NCBI RefSeq assembly: GCF_001194135.2
Contig: NC_068982.1
Coordinates: 137,761,209 to 137,825,208 of the forward strand
Direction: 5' to 3'
From: Octopus bimaculoides
Lineage: Eukaryota
DNA length: 64,000 nt
The position numbers and the translations under genes were made by a program. Numbering within the stretch: position 1 is the stretch's first letter; each line of letters begins with the position of its first letter. This document shows, in pieces, positions 11,810-24,733 of this stretch. The notes beneath the pieces are model-generated. The model saw only the letters and a program-made list of their open reading frames with translations. It did no database searches and was not told where the DNA came from.

Positions 11810-12370
11810 TAAAATGTCCTGATGTAGTACCAGGCAGTGGCTCTCGTGGCTTCTGATCTTAATTGATTGGAAGTGTTATCATGTACATTGTTTTGTCTTG
11901 GTATAAAAGATGGGCTACAGCAAATATTCTGCTTAATACCACAGATTTGCTTGTCAGTTGCTTGACCTTAACCAGTTGAGCATGTTTCTTGGTGGCTGAC
12001 GATATGTGCATCTCTGATCATGAGCAGGAGTAGTTGGGGAGCATCATAGCCACGTGTTGAGAGAAATTCTTTGGGGTTTGAATAATTCACCTTTGGAAAC
12101 ATGGGTGTTTTGCTCAACATCCTTAAACAAACCTTATTCAGGGACCTTTTGAGTGAGATGGGCTACTCGACCTGAAGAAAATTCTAACTGGGCCCCACCT
12201 GTGAGGTCATGCGCCATTTATCTTGATATGAGATCACCATGTCACGCACATATGGTTGTGATGCATGTGCCTTGTGTACCCTTATCAGACGGGTAGTCAT
12301 GATGGGTATACTGAGCTTCATATATTTTACCCCAGTGTCACTTTGATGGCATGCCCTGCTCTCTCACTCA
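11810..12370 (-). mobile_element. Dispersed repeat with (TTA)n tail inserted in an (AAT)n tract; class uncertain (LINE 3'UTR or long SINE)
   Basis: Reverse complement of 45125-45470 (cctgaataaggtttgtttaaggatgtt...gagagccactgcctggtact.catc.gg.cattt(tta)n). Confidence 0.7.
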
Positions 12371-12431
12371 ATAATAATAATAATAATAATGATAATCGAA
12401 AAATACCTTAAGAATGAGAACTTTTCCCCAA

Positions 12432-12475
12432 GACACCTGATGAAGGCTGGAGAGTATATCAGCTGAAACGTGTTA
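12432..12475 (+). ncRNA. Minimal type I hammerhead ribozyme motif (Penelope-type), 3-nt deletion at the cleavage site
   Basis: gACAC-CTGATGA-A-GGCTGgagagtatatCAGCT-GAA-ACGT-GTT; core CTGATGA at 12437-12443, GAAA at 12465-12468. Confidence 0.6.
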
Positions 12476-14210
12476 ACAACAAACAAGACAAGGACAAATA
12501 TCAGTCAAATGTAAAATAATGTACTACACTTGATATTTCCCCTTCCATGTGCATGCACACATGTATATCATGACTCATACACTGTTCACTTTCCTGACTT
12601 TTGTACATAATTCTATGTACTGTACATGCACCTTTGATGAGTCATAGTGCACCTGAGGACTATACACAATCATTTCATTATTATTATTATTACATACAAG
12701 CCTTGAATCAAGGTCAGAACCTGGCTCTTTCTCTATTGGCAGGGAATCTTGAAATAGAACTGAATAATGACATACATACAAACATGCATACATACATACA
12801 TACATACATACATATAAACAAAAATACCCTGTTGTTGATGTTGAAATTCCACTGAAGGGGCTTTGGATCTAGGTTAGAAACCAACTCTCTCTATTGGCAA
12901 GAAATCTTGAAATAAAACTGAATACATACTTACATACATACATACATACATTCTCTTCTTGCTCACTTTCCCTCCACTTTTCACTTCACTGTGTCCCTGT
13001 CATTTTTTCTTGCTCCTCCTTAATTCTTTTGACCCTCTGCCTCTACCTCTCTCTCTTCTCTTCCCACATGACCAGTGTTTGGCCAAGCCTGATCTTTCTT
13101 TCTTGGCTGGCCGTTGTGCGTGCAACATCGATATACCTCCCTGTGCCTGTGAAATCTTGTATCCCTGTCATAAGGCTTTATTTCCACACACGCCAGCTTA
13201 ATTTAATTCGTCCTTAGTCAAAAGACACCTGTTGTTATGTCCTGTTATTTTTATTGTTTTTGTGCAACATTGTTCGTTTTTTCCGTCCTTGTTTTTGTAT
13301 ACATTCGCTGCTTTCTTCCAAGGAATCTAATGCTCTTAGCTTAGTTTTTCCTTGGGGCTGGCCAGATTGGAGCAATATCAAGAATAACCAGCCGAAATTG
13401 CAAAGATAATCTGGATCTCGACTGAGGTAAGAAAACTCCGAATGACCTGTCCGTGTTTTTTTTTGTATCGTCTATCTGGATGTTTTGTTTCCCTTTCTTG
13501 TATCACCTAACTGTTTGGATGTTTTGCATTCTTGTCCCATTTTGTATTATTTATATACATACATACATACAAAGGAGAAAGAAAGTGTCTTGGATCAACT
13601 GTTGATTAATCATGCTATCATTCTTCATCATATCAGAGTTGAAATAATCCTTCTGTCAGACCAAGACTTGGTACTTTGTAGCCTCATCCTTCAACATTCT
13701 AAGATTAGACCAAAGTTGCTGACCTTAATGCCCCCATTTGACAACTTGAACCTACAGAAAAGTTTTTGTTGACTGTTCCTTCACTGAGATAAGTGACTTG
13801 ACAGTTACCTGAAGACACAATTACTCACGTGTTTATTTCGTCCCATCATGACTACCACTGGTAAATGCAAATTCCCCACAAAGATAAAAACACACATCAG
13901 AAAAATAAACAAAACTCACAAAAATCAATGGTTAAAAGACTGTGAGCCACAACAAAATCCCCCTCTCAGGGGGCAATAACTACACCATAATTGTATAAAC
14001 TATATTTCCAGAATTGCATGAAGTTTCTTGTTAATTACCAAAAGGCTGCTGAAGAAGACAGGGTGGTTGAAAAAATTTCATCCCAATCCCAATGTCTTTT
14101 ATTCCTTTACAAAATAGAACAGGACTGCTTTTTCATCTCTCAGCCCCTAATCAATATACTGTGTTAGGCCCACTTCTATTTATTATTATATATATATATA
14201 TATATATATA

Positions 14211-14682
14211 TTGTTTGTTGTTGTTGGTTGCCTCTCGTGTTTCTGAGCTTGCAATCCAGTTCACTTTCCTGGATGTTTGAACCGCAGATGGCTCCGCAAT
14301 CCAAGGGTTGCATGAAACATACGGGGACGTTGTAGACAAGGGATAGAAGGGGCTGGTTTGGGAAGGAGAAGGCGCTGCTTTCTCTCCCATCTCTTGAGTT
14401 CAGCTCTTGCGACTCAGGCTTTCTCGAAGTCCACTGAACCCATTTTAATGATGTGTCTCCAGAAGGGTCTATTTGCCGAGATATCTTCCCAGTGTGCGGG
14501 GTCGATGTTGGTGCTTTTTAAGGTTGATTTGAGTTGGTCCTTGTTCTGCCTCAAGGGGGCTCCACGAGGACGTTTTGCTTCAGACAGTTCACCATAGAGA
14601 CAGATCTTAGGAAGGCGGTGTTCATTCATCCGACAGATGTGACCTGACCATCAGAGACGATTTTCAATGATCAAGGCTTCGA
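14211..14682 (-). mobile_element. RTE-clade LINE 3' fragment with (AAC)n tail
   Basis: RLPKICLYGELSEAKRPRGAP...WEDISANRPFWRHIIKMGSVDFEK followed by a frameshifted C2H2-like motif. Confidence 0.85.
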
Positions 14683-15027
14683 TATATACATATAAATTTA
14701 AATCAAGAAAATGATGGAGAAATATTTATCAACAACAATTGACTAACATCGATTATTACTTTTTAATACAAAAACTTCTATTAAAAAGGAGAAAATCGAT
14801 GTTAGTCAATTGTTGTTGCTCAATATTTCTCCATTTTCTGCTGAATTTAAACTTGATTCCTGATAAACTCAAGTTTCTTTTTGTCATTGCCTATATCCTA
14901 TAAGCATAATATGTTTGCATATGTATGCCCAGGGTTAACATAGGTAATTTATACCTGTAGTTAAATGGATATTCTTATCCCTTAGATGGTTATTCCAACT
15001 GCTAACTCTACTAACCATATATATATA

Positions 15028-15990
15028 TGTAGTGAAACTACCTATCGCCATTAGATACAAAACTACTATCGCCATTACATACAATCTTCTCATTTAAATA
15101 TAAATAAATGCGAGCGTAGTAGAGAACCCATTCCTTGTCATCACGTGACTGATTATTATTCGAATCGGCAACTTCTTCGAACCGTTCCCGCCAGAACGCA
15201 AACTGACCAATCACGGCCCCTAATAAGGTCATGTGATAGAGTATATTTCTACCATCTGGTGAGCCAATAGTTTGTTATAAATAGCTTTAACTCAGCGGCC
15301 AAATTTGTCTCGGTCCAGTTTCTCTTTGAGAACTGTTCCGTGTACCACACGACNNNNNNNNNNNNNNNNNNNNNNNNNNNNNNNNNNNNNNNNNNNNNNN
15401 NNNNNNNNNNNNNNNNNNNNNNNNNNNNNNNNNNNNNNNNNNNNNNNNNNNNNNNNNNNNNNNNNNNNNNNNNNNNNNNNNNNNNNNNNNNNNNNNNNNN
15501 NNNNNNNNNNNNNNNNNNNNNNNNNNNNNNNNNNNNNNNNNNNNNNNNNNNNNNNNNNNNNNNNNNNNNNNNNNNNNNNNNNNNNNNNNNNNNNNGTGTA
15601 CCCAAGAACTGGTATAATTGTTCACGTGTTATTGACTCTCTTTTTCTCTGCTGTAATATTTCTCATACACACATGTATCACTCACATACACACTTTTCTT
15701 TGTATGACGGCCTGTCTTTGATTATATTATTATATGTCGCATTCACACTCTCACACAGACATACATCTTTAACGCTACAATAAATATCTCTGTTATTCAT
15801 CTAATACGGTTGTGGTCTTTCATTACTGGTCATCTATGTTATCGTCGCATAACATATCATAACATATCATCATCTTCGATATATATCTATTTTGTGTTCG
15901 ACCGTGTGACGCGTTTAAATAAAAGGAGTCCTCTGTTTTTCCATTCGTCACCATTTCTCCTTTTTGAGTTCGCACGGTCGTTCCCTTACA
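15028..15990 (-). mobile_element. Putative solo LTR (TG...CA), copy A, contains a gap
   Basis: Reverse complement of 50054-51175; termini TGTAAG...ACTACA, flanked by (TA)n. Confidence 0.65.
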
Positions 15991-16027
15991 TATATATATA
16001 TATACATATATATATATACACACGCAC

Positions 16028-16066
<39 letters not shown>

Positions 16067-16129
16067 TACAGAAGGGTATTAAAATATCACTTGCATAACA
16101 GAGATATCTTTCTGAAACCACAATTTGCT

Positions 16130-16750
16130 CACTATAAAAATACACATGGTGGAATCGAAATCGAACCAAATTCGACAACTGGCACCCATGCCAACCTTTC
16201 CTTCATTGGACTCTAAACTCTGCTTGCGAAGAACTGTTGGGTCAAGTGAAATCGAAATCGTAATTCAACCATATTCGATGACTGGCACCTGTGCCAGTGG
16301 AGCACTAATAACACTGTCCGAGCGTGATCATTGCCAGAGCAGCTGTCTGGCTTCCGTGCCAGTGGCCCATAAATAGTACCATTTGAGTGTGATTGTTACC
16401 AGCGTCGCCTTACTGGCACTTGTGATGGTGGCACGTTAGAAAATCATTTGAGCGAGGTCGTTGCCAGTGCCGCTGGACTGGCACATAAAAAACACCATTT
16501 TGAGTGTGGCCGTTGCCAGTACCGTGTGACTGGCCCTCGTACCAGTGGCACGTAAAAGCACCCACTACACTCTCGGAGTGGTTGGCGTTAGGAAGGGCAT
16601 ACAGCTGTAGAAACTCTGCCAGACCAGATTGGAGCCTGGTGCAGCCATCCGGTTCACCAGTCCTCAGTCAAATCGTCCAACCCATGCTAGCATGGAAAGC
16701 GGACATTAAAGAAAGATGATGATGATGATGAGGAGGAGGATGATGATGAT
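16130..16750 (+). mobile_element. RTE-LINE 3'UTR copy (family C) with (GAT)n tail
   Basis: Matches 22200-22828. Confidence 0.85.
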
Positions 16751-17228
16751 GCTATAAACATAACAGAAATAGGCTTACCTTACATTGAATACAAAAGTAA
16801 GTAATGTATATTCCAGGATCAATTGATTTCACTTTCTGTATGTAAAACATACTTTAGCTCATCAGATGGACCTAACACTATGGCATCTATTTCTGAAATA
16901 TTCATCACATTACACATCATTCAAAAATGAACCTAACGTGAACTAGTAATATATAAATTTAAATAAGTATCCTTAATATTATTAATAATAATAATCATAA
17001 TAATAGAGTGGCTAGCAAGTTTAGATCTTTATAGGTTATTAATATTATATTACTTAATTTATTGACCCCGAAAGGATGAAAGGCAAACTTGACCTTGACA
17101 GAATTTGAACTCAGTACGTAAAGAGAGATGAAATACCGCTAAGTATTTTGCCCGGTGTGCTAACATTTCTGCCAGCTCACCACTTTTGTGTGTGTGTGTA
17201 TATTTTCATTTCTTTTTCTGTTATTCAG

Positions 17229-17352
17229 AAAGCTGCGGAGATGTTTGGCATCAAAGATTTTGATAAGCCTGTGCATTTCATTAGCTGTTGTTAATATCAT
17301 CTTCCTCATTGGGATGCAGCCTTATGCCTTAAAAACAACAGCTGCTTGTAAG
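17229..17352 (+). CDS. Adhesion GPCR exon, ICL1-TM2: KLRRCLASKILISLCISLAVVNIIFLIGMQPYALKTTAACK
   Basis: Acceptor tttttctgttattcag|, donor AAG|GTAAGT; 'KLRR...SKILISLC' motif and ECL1 Cys. Confidence 0.93.
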
Positions 17353-17495
17353 GTAAGTGGAAGCATATTTTAGCAAGTAGATATTTTTCTTATATTAAAT
17401 ATCATGTTCAACAGTCTTTTACTTCAAATAGATTTAATCCATCAAAATTCAAAATTGTATCAATAAATGTTAAATTTACATCCTGAATGTTACAT

Positions 17496-17723
17496 TTAAC
17501 CCTGTTGTTACCATATTTCTACTGAGATGCTCCACGTTTCTTTCAATTAATTCTAAATTTAACAAAGAATCTAGTAAAATAACTTAGTTATCATTAAGCT
17601 AGTGTTAGGAACATAATTTGTGACTAAGGTGTGTTGGAAAATTTTAATTCAGAACTTTTGAAAACAAGACATTTGCACTACAGCCAGAGGTGGTTTCAGC
17701 CAGGTTGGCATCAAAAGGGTTAA
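17496..17723. mobile_element. piggyBac-like MITE (TTAA-flanked)
   Basis: TTAA|CCCTGTTGTTACC...GGCATCAAAAGGG|TTAA; three more copies at 52253-52971. Confidence 0.75.
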
Positions 17724-18894
17724 TGTTTGCATTGATCATCCTTGTGTTCTTTCATTTATTGTCAAATGATGACATCCATTTTTATAATTGGAAATACCAT
17801 GTAATAAATGATCCTTTTTTAACTTGTGGAATTGCATTTTGTTTCATGTTCTCCATCTTACCCTCACCTCTATGTAGCCCTTCAACATGTCTCTGTTAGG
17901 TTCCTATTCAACATTCTTTGAAATTTGTTGTATCTCTTTAAACCATTCTATCTAATAGGACAGCAAATATTTATTGTTGTTGTTGTTTCAAATTTTGGTA
18001 CAAAGCCAGAAATTTTCAAAGATTACATTGACTTCACCACTTGACTGGAACTTAAATTTATCAACCCCGGAAGGATGAAATGCAAATTGATTCTTTTCAT
18101 CCCTCCAGGGTTCATAAATAGCATACCAGTCAAATATTGGGGATGATGTAGTTGACTAACCTCTTGCCCCACACCATAGGAAAATATTCAACCAAACTAC
18201 ATCGTTGTTACTTTCCCTCGCTCTCCAGCTTTTTCAAACACATGGAGTTAGACACACGCAAACATACTTCAACTTCCTCCTGCATCAGATATTCCCAATA
18301 TGGAATACCATCTTATGAGGCAACCTAGCATATAAAAAAAATAGACATAGAAGTTTTTAAAAGATGCATCAGCACCGAACAAGCCACACAACTGTGACAT
18401 CATGGAAACCACATCCATATTGGACAAGTCCATGACAAATCCACCACCACCACCACCAGCAACAATAATACACATCTCAACTGAAAAAAAAAAACACAGT
18501 AGACTGATACACAAACACAATATAAACAAAACATCTCCAGTCCAAACATTTTGGTGGTTAGGAATACAAACAAAAGGCTGATGCTCTTTATAGCACATAA
18601 GGAAAATGCTGAAATAGAGGGATAAGTTATCATGACCAGCACTTCTAAAGAGCCACAAAATTTGAAAATAATAAAATTGGACTTGGTGACATACAAAATA
18701 CTGAGGGAGGATTTCCCTGATGTTCTGTGAAGTCCAAATGAAAGGGCCAACTGTAGGCTTCTAAAGGATTTCCCTAAGGAAGCTCAAAAGCCTATGGAGA
18801 CCAAGTCATTTGGTTACTGGTACCACGAAATAGTTAAGTAGTCTGTTTCCTTTTCTCCTCATTATCTTTTAGCCAACACGGTGGCCCCGAGAAT

Positions 18895-19010
18895 GGAATG
18901 TATAAATGCATGTGGATTGGGGTCATTCTGGAAGCAGAGTTGCCTGCTCAATGGCCTCAGATAACTGGGTTTGGATGTGAAAGCCATCAGTGAGACCAAA
19001 ATTTCCAAGG
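18895..19010 (+). mobile_element. Possible APE endonuclease N-terminal remnant of a LINE
   Basis: INACGLGSFWKQSCLLNGLR*LGLDVKAISETK resembles the N-x-x-GL...D-x-x-x-x-x-ET APE motif; short and degenerate. Confidence 0.4.
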
Positions 19011-19597
19011 TTTCATCCATCCTTACATTCTGAGTTTAAATCTGCTGAGATCAATCTTGCCTTCATCTCTTTGGGGCCTTGTACCAAAATTTGAAATTAT
19101 CATTACTATTGTTGTTGTTGTTGTTGTTGTTGTTATCACCATTATAAGTTTAAAAGGATTAACGTAACTCCTCACAAAGGTAATTAGACAATACGAAGAG
19201 CACAATACAATTACAATAGATATTTTATTTGTTTGAACAATATTTTCGACAGCTTGCCTGTTTTTGTCGAGTACAAAATGAAAAGTGAAACATAGAAATT
19301 CAAAATTTTTGAAATTCAAATTCAAAAATTTAAACGAGGGCAACTTGCATTCCCACATTAACGGAATGATATCATCTTTGCTGTACTGAAATATGTGTTC
19401 CCATGTTCTGTGATGAAATTTCAGAAGGTTCTCTTTTAATTTTCGACTTTCTGGATTCAAGACTATAAAATATAAAACTAATACTGATATCAATATAGTT
19501 GACTCCACCTCCACCCCTACCCCTCAAATGCAATATATATATTTGAAGCCAAACATGTCAATGTTAAAAACTTTTATTGTTGTTGTTGTCATTCAAG

Positions 19598-19742
19598 GCA
19601 GTGGCTGCTCTGTTACACTACTCCCTTATAGCAACTGTCATGTGGATGGGTATCAAAGTTTTTCATGCTTATATAGTTTTGGTTACTGAAGGGGAAAGCT
19701 ACGAAAAATATTTTATGATCGTGAGTTCAATTTTGGCCTGGG
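19598..19742 (+). CDS. Adhesion GPCR exon, TM3-ICL2-TM4 start: AVAALLHYSLIATVMWMGIKVFHAYIVLVTEGESYEKYFMIVSSILAW(G)
   Basis: Acceptor attcaag|, donor TGGG|GTAAGT, phase 1; 'AALLHY...WM' TM3 and 'WG' TM4 motifs. Confidence 0.93.
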
Positions 19743-19789
19743 GTAAGTATAATTTCTATCTTCAGTTTTCTATCTTCAGGACACTTTAT

Positions 19790-19832
19790 CTCTCTCTCTC
19801 TCACACACACACACATACACCATCTCTCTCTT

Positions 19833-19897
<65 letters not shown>

Positions 19898-19904
19898 TAC
19901 ACCA

Positions 19905-19946
<42 letters not shown>

Positions 19947-19999
19947 CATCTCTCTCTCACACACATACACCATCTCTCTCTCACACACACACATACACC

Positions 20000-20036
<37 letters not shown>

Positions 20037-20296
20037 CATCTCTCTCTCTCACACACACACACACCATCTCTCTCTCTCACACACACATACACCATCTCTC
20101 TCACACACACATACACACACACCATCCCTCGCTCTCTCTTTCTCTCTCACACACACATATACACCATCTCTCTTTGTCTCTCTCTCACACACACACATAC
20201 ATGCACCATCTCTCTCTCTCACACACACCATCTCTCTCTCACACACACACACACACATACACCATCTCTCTCTCTCTCACATACACACACACACCA

Positions 20297-20329
<33 letters not shown>

Positions 20330-20412
20330 TACACCATCTCTCTCTCTCTCACGCACACACACCATCTCTCTATCTCACACACGCACACACACACACGCAC
20401 ACACACACACAT
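19790..20412. repeat. Compound (TC)n-(AC)n-'CAT' higher-order microsatellite
   Basis: Recurrent unit accatctctctctctcacacacacacat directly after the TM3 exon. Confidence 0.93.
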
Positions 20413-21984
20413 TTCTTTGTGTTTAATATTTGTACTTGAATGTTAGTTGATGGGAAAAAGTTCACTTGAATGATTCAAACCCAGAATATCACTCATTTGT
20501 ATTCATTTCATTGAACCAAAAATGTTGAAGAAAAAGTTAACTTTGATGGGATTTGAACTCGGGACACTAACTAAACATTGTAAACCATGTTCTTTGACAT
20601 TATCTCAGTGAATGTTGCCTAGTAAGAGTTCAATTTATTTTTCTCGATCTTGTTATTCTGTTCTGATGTTGCAGAAAGTATTGACAATCAATCACTGCTG
20701 TAAAATATCTCAGGAAGGTGCTCTATATCACGAATCCCCTTCAGTGGTTCCAAAAGTAGGTGGTACCATCCCCTTGAGGCAGTGGAAAGATCCAGAGACA
20801 GTGGAAAGATCTGGTGGGGTGGGCGCTGGAATAAAATAGGGCAATAAGGGAGTTATGGATGGCATTGCTAGTATCTATTTTTCAATGGTACACTCAAGTT
20901 TAAAAAATAGTGTTTAGTAAAACTAACTTAAAGAACATCATCATCATCGTTTAACGTCCGCTTTCCATGCTAGCATGGGTTGGACGATTTGACTGAGGAC
21001 TGGTGAACCAGATGGCTACACCAGGCTCCAATCTGATTTGGCAGAGTTTCTACAGCTGGATGCCCTTCCTAACGCCAACCACTCTGAGAGTGTAGTGGGT
21101 GCTTTTATGTGCCACCGGTACGAAGGCCAGTCAGGTGGTACTGGCAACGGCCACGCTCAAAATGGTGTATTTTACGTGCCACCTGCACGGGAGCCAGTCC
21201 AGCGGCCCTGGCAGCGACCTTGCTCGAATGTCTTTTCACGTGCCACCGGCACAAATGCCAGTAAGGCGGCAAAATAAATTTTAAAAAAACAAAAGTTCTC
21301 TAATAAAGCTGGTCATAAAATTCACAAGAGAATTTCCCAAAAAGACAAAAAGCATACAACACTGAACATATGACATTTTTTCATCATGTATTTTTTCAAC
21401 ATTTTGAAAATTTATAATTCGTATTCTTTCAGAAAAAATTTTTCAAAAGGCTATCATTTTTTGGTGGTAGGGTTTCCAGATTTTAATTGTGAAAATCAAA
21501 ATGAAATGGATGTATGAAATTTTTTCTCTAACAATGCATACTACAAATGTTTCAAAATGTGGAATATTATAGCATTGAAAATTAATAGTGCAACCTACTT
21601 AGAACCTCCAAACTTAGCTTGCAGTTAGATTAGTTCTCCTTGCCAAGCAGTAAAAGTATATTTCTTGCTTATGTTTGCTTCGTCAAAGATTAATGTTTTG
21701 TTCAAGAGTAATAATTTGTAAGACAACTAGAAACAGATACACAAGAGGAATCAATATTTTGTGTTTGAGCAATAGAAGGGACACCATCGATGGTAGGTTG
21801 TCATTGCAGCTTTATCAGTTTATTGTAAAAGTTATACCTAGCATGTTTAGTGCACACTCTACAATCTTCAGGCAACATCTGGCTGCAATAACAAATCAAT
21901 GAGCACTGTTATCACAGCAGTTAATAAAATGAACACACATGCTTACAATTCCTCAGTTTCAACTCCTCTGTACTGACAATGATA

Positions 21985-22828
21985 AAGATTTGGTTGAGGG
22001 AACCTGTGGAAGAGGTAGACCCAGGAAGACCTGGGATGAGGTGGTGAAGCACAACCTTCGAACATTAGGCCTCACCGAGGCAATGACTTGTGACCGAGAC
22101 CTTTGGAAATATGCTGTGCATGAGAAGATCCAGCAAGCCAAGTGAGACCATAATCCAAGGCCTCTTTCAGGGATGTAGTCAGCCCACTTATACGTACCTT
22201 TCCTTCATTGGACACTAAATTTCGCTTGCGAAGACCTGTTGAGGCAAGTGAAATCGAAATCGAACTAAATTCGACGACTGGCACCCATGCCAACGTCTCC
22301 TTCACTGGACACTAAACTCGGCTTGCAAAGACCCGTTGGGACAAGTGAAAGCGAAATCGTGATGGCACTTGTACCAGTGGAGCGCTAAGAGCACCATCCA
22401 AGCGTGATCGTTGCCAGAGCAGCTGTCTGGCTTCCGTGCCAGTGGCACGTAAATAGCACCATTTGAGCGTGATCGTTACCAGCGTCGCCTTCCTGGCACT
22501 TGTGCCGGTGGCACGTGAAAAGACATTCGAGCAAGGTCGTTGCCAGTGCCGCTGGACTGGCTCCTGTGCAGGTGGCACATAAAATACACCAATTTTGAGC
22601 ATGGTCATTGCCAGTACCGCCTGACTGGCCTTCGTGCCAGTGGCACGTAAAAGCACCCACTACACTCTCGGAGTGGTTGGTGTTAGGAAGGGCATCCAGC
22701 TGTAGAAATTCTGCCAAATCAGATTGGAGCCTGGTGCAGCCATCTGATTTGCCAGTCCTCAGTCAAATCATCCAACCCATGCTAGCATGGAAAGCAGACG
22801 TTAAATGATGATGATGATGATGATGATG
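21985..22828 (+). mobile_element. 5'-truncated RTE LINE: ORF end (EGTCGRGRPRKTWDEVVKHNLRTLGLTEAMTCDRDLWKYAV) plus about 680-nt 3'UTR and (GAT)n tail
   Basis: RTE C-terminal GRPRKTW motif is contiguous with the abundant family C sequence; a second such copy is at 35398-36230(-). Confidence 0.88.
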
Positions 22829-23429
22829 AACATTTGTTGTTGCACACAGAAATTCAATGGCTGTCAAAGGGAAACTGCCTGGAAGTTTCTATTCCCTTTT
22901 TAAAACAGTTGTTGCATTCAGTTGTTGAGACTCTTATTCTGTTCATTATTTAGATTATTTACATCATTTACATTTGATGGATATTTGTCCTCATCTTGTT
23001 TGTTGTTGACACAAATATCTATCAAATGTAAATAATGTAAATAATGTACATAATTCCTCATCTCTTAAATATAGAACTGTCTTATTCTGTTCTTTGTGAT
23101 GAACCAAGAAATATCAAGTATGGCATTGCTTATATGGCAGATATATTCACAAAGTTCAATGAAGTTAACTTGCAACTGCAAGGAAATTAGGTTAAACCTT
23201 ATCAAAGTAAAACCAACAATTCAAATGTAACATAAGCCTCCAGTTTCGGAGCCTCTCTGAATTGGAGAAGGAAAAGTGCACACCAGAAGATGGCATTCAA
23301 GTAGATTGTTCACACCTGGATGAGCTGTACTGAGACATGTCTGATAGGTTTCAGGATACTACTTTTAGTTACATTACCAAGATATCAGCAACGAGGAAAC
23401 AAGAATAGTGGAGGAAGAGCTGGTTTCAC

Positions 23430-24035
23430 TTAAAGTTAAATGACAAGACCTGTTGAGGCAAGTGAAATCGAAATTGAAAATTGAACCAAATTCGTTGACT
23501 GGCACCCATGCCAACCTTCCTTCATTGGGCACTAAACTCAGCTTGCGAAGACCTGTTGGGGCAAGTGAGATCGAAACTGAACCAAATTCGATGACTGGCA
23601 CCCGTGCCAGTGGAGCGCTAACAGCACCATCCGAGCAGGATCACTGCCAGAGCAGTGGTCTTGCTTCTGTGCCAGTGGTACGTAAAAAGCACCATTTGAG
23701 CACGATCTTTTCCAGCTTCGCTTTACTGGCACTTGAGCTGGTGGCATGTGAACAAAACATTGGACTGGCTCCTGTGCAGGTGGCATGTAAAAAACACCAT
23801 TTGAGTATGGCCATTGCCAGTACCACCGGACTGGCCCTCGTGCCGGTGGTATGTAAAAAGCACCCACTACACTCTCGGAGTGGTTGGCGTTAGGAAGGGT
23901 ATCCAGCTGTAGAAACTCTGCCAGATCAGACTGGAGTCTGGTGTAGCCATCTGGTTCACCAGTCCCCAGTCAAATCGTCCAACCCATGCTAGCATGGAAA
24001 GCGGATGTTAAATGATGATGATGATGATGATGATG
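23430..24035 (+). mobile_element. RTE-LINE 3'UTR copy (family C)
   Basis: Same modules and (GAT)n tail; further copies at 20935-21270(-), 27570-27866(-), 40950-41470(-), 41640-41910(+), 43255-43890(-), 55770-56160(-). Confidence 0.85.
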
Positions 24036-24309
24036 ACACTGAGCTGAAGCCAAAGTTTAAAAAATCACATCAAGAATTTTGATTACAAAAACACATTCTT
24101 GACTGCTACCCTGCACTGAAGAACAAAGCCAAAATGTACTCTATTGCTATCCCAACATCATATTTTGTAGAGTAGAGCTTCAGTGCAGACTGAAAATTAT
24201 TAAATGTGATGACCTACGACTACGTTTTAGGACCTTTCAGCCAGATGTTGAGAAGCTAGTATCCCTGCACAATATATATCCATCGCATTAAAAATATGAA
24301 AATAAAGTA

Positions 24310-24733
24310 CCGTAAATCTTCGAGTATAGTCTGCCCTTGAGTATAACACGCAGGGGATTTCTAGGGGACTGTACCTCTGAAAAACCTAAGCCTTGTATAT
24401 AATACACACCCCTTCTCTAACTTGAGTCAAGGAGGTCTATATAACATCCTTGGTTTGTAAACATATATACGGTAGTGTCCTTTATTATTATTGTATATAT
24501 AACATAATGCAAACATGTAGATTTTTGTGCACTTTGTTTGCAGAAAATAAAGAAATAACTGTAATAACGTCAGTGAAAAATAATTATTAAGTAAATTGCC
24601 TTTACATATTTATCACTTAGAAAATTTTGCTTAGAAAATATGTTTCATTTTTATCCTCGTATATAGTACGCATTAGAAAATTTGACCTTTAAATTTTGGG
24701 AAAAAGGTGCGGATTATACTCAAGGATTTACGG
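24310..24733. mobile_element. Complete Tc2/pogo-like MITE with TA target duplication
   Basis: TA|CCGTAAATCTTCGAGTATAGTC...GGATTATACTCAAGGATTTACGG|TA terminal inverted repeats. Confidence 0.85.

Larger units (their letters stand above)
11439..12524. mobile_element. Head-to-head inverted pair of a tRNA-headed, hammerhead-containing element; right arm interrupted by an insertion at 11810-12370
   Basis: Left arm 11439-11701(-) is the reverse complement of 11706-11775 plus 12395-12524(+). Confidence 0.8.

Noticed and set aside
13415-13450. Hammerhead-like CTGAGG...CCGAA (also CTGATGA at about 10248 and TTGATGAAGG on - near 46940)
   Set aside because: Core incomplete and no closing stems or GAAA could be found.
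19577-20446. 289-aa ORF as a single coding exon
   Set aside because: Only 19598-19742 is receptor-like; a perfect donor follows and the rest is (TC)/(AC) microsatellite.
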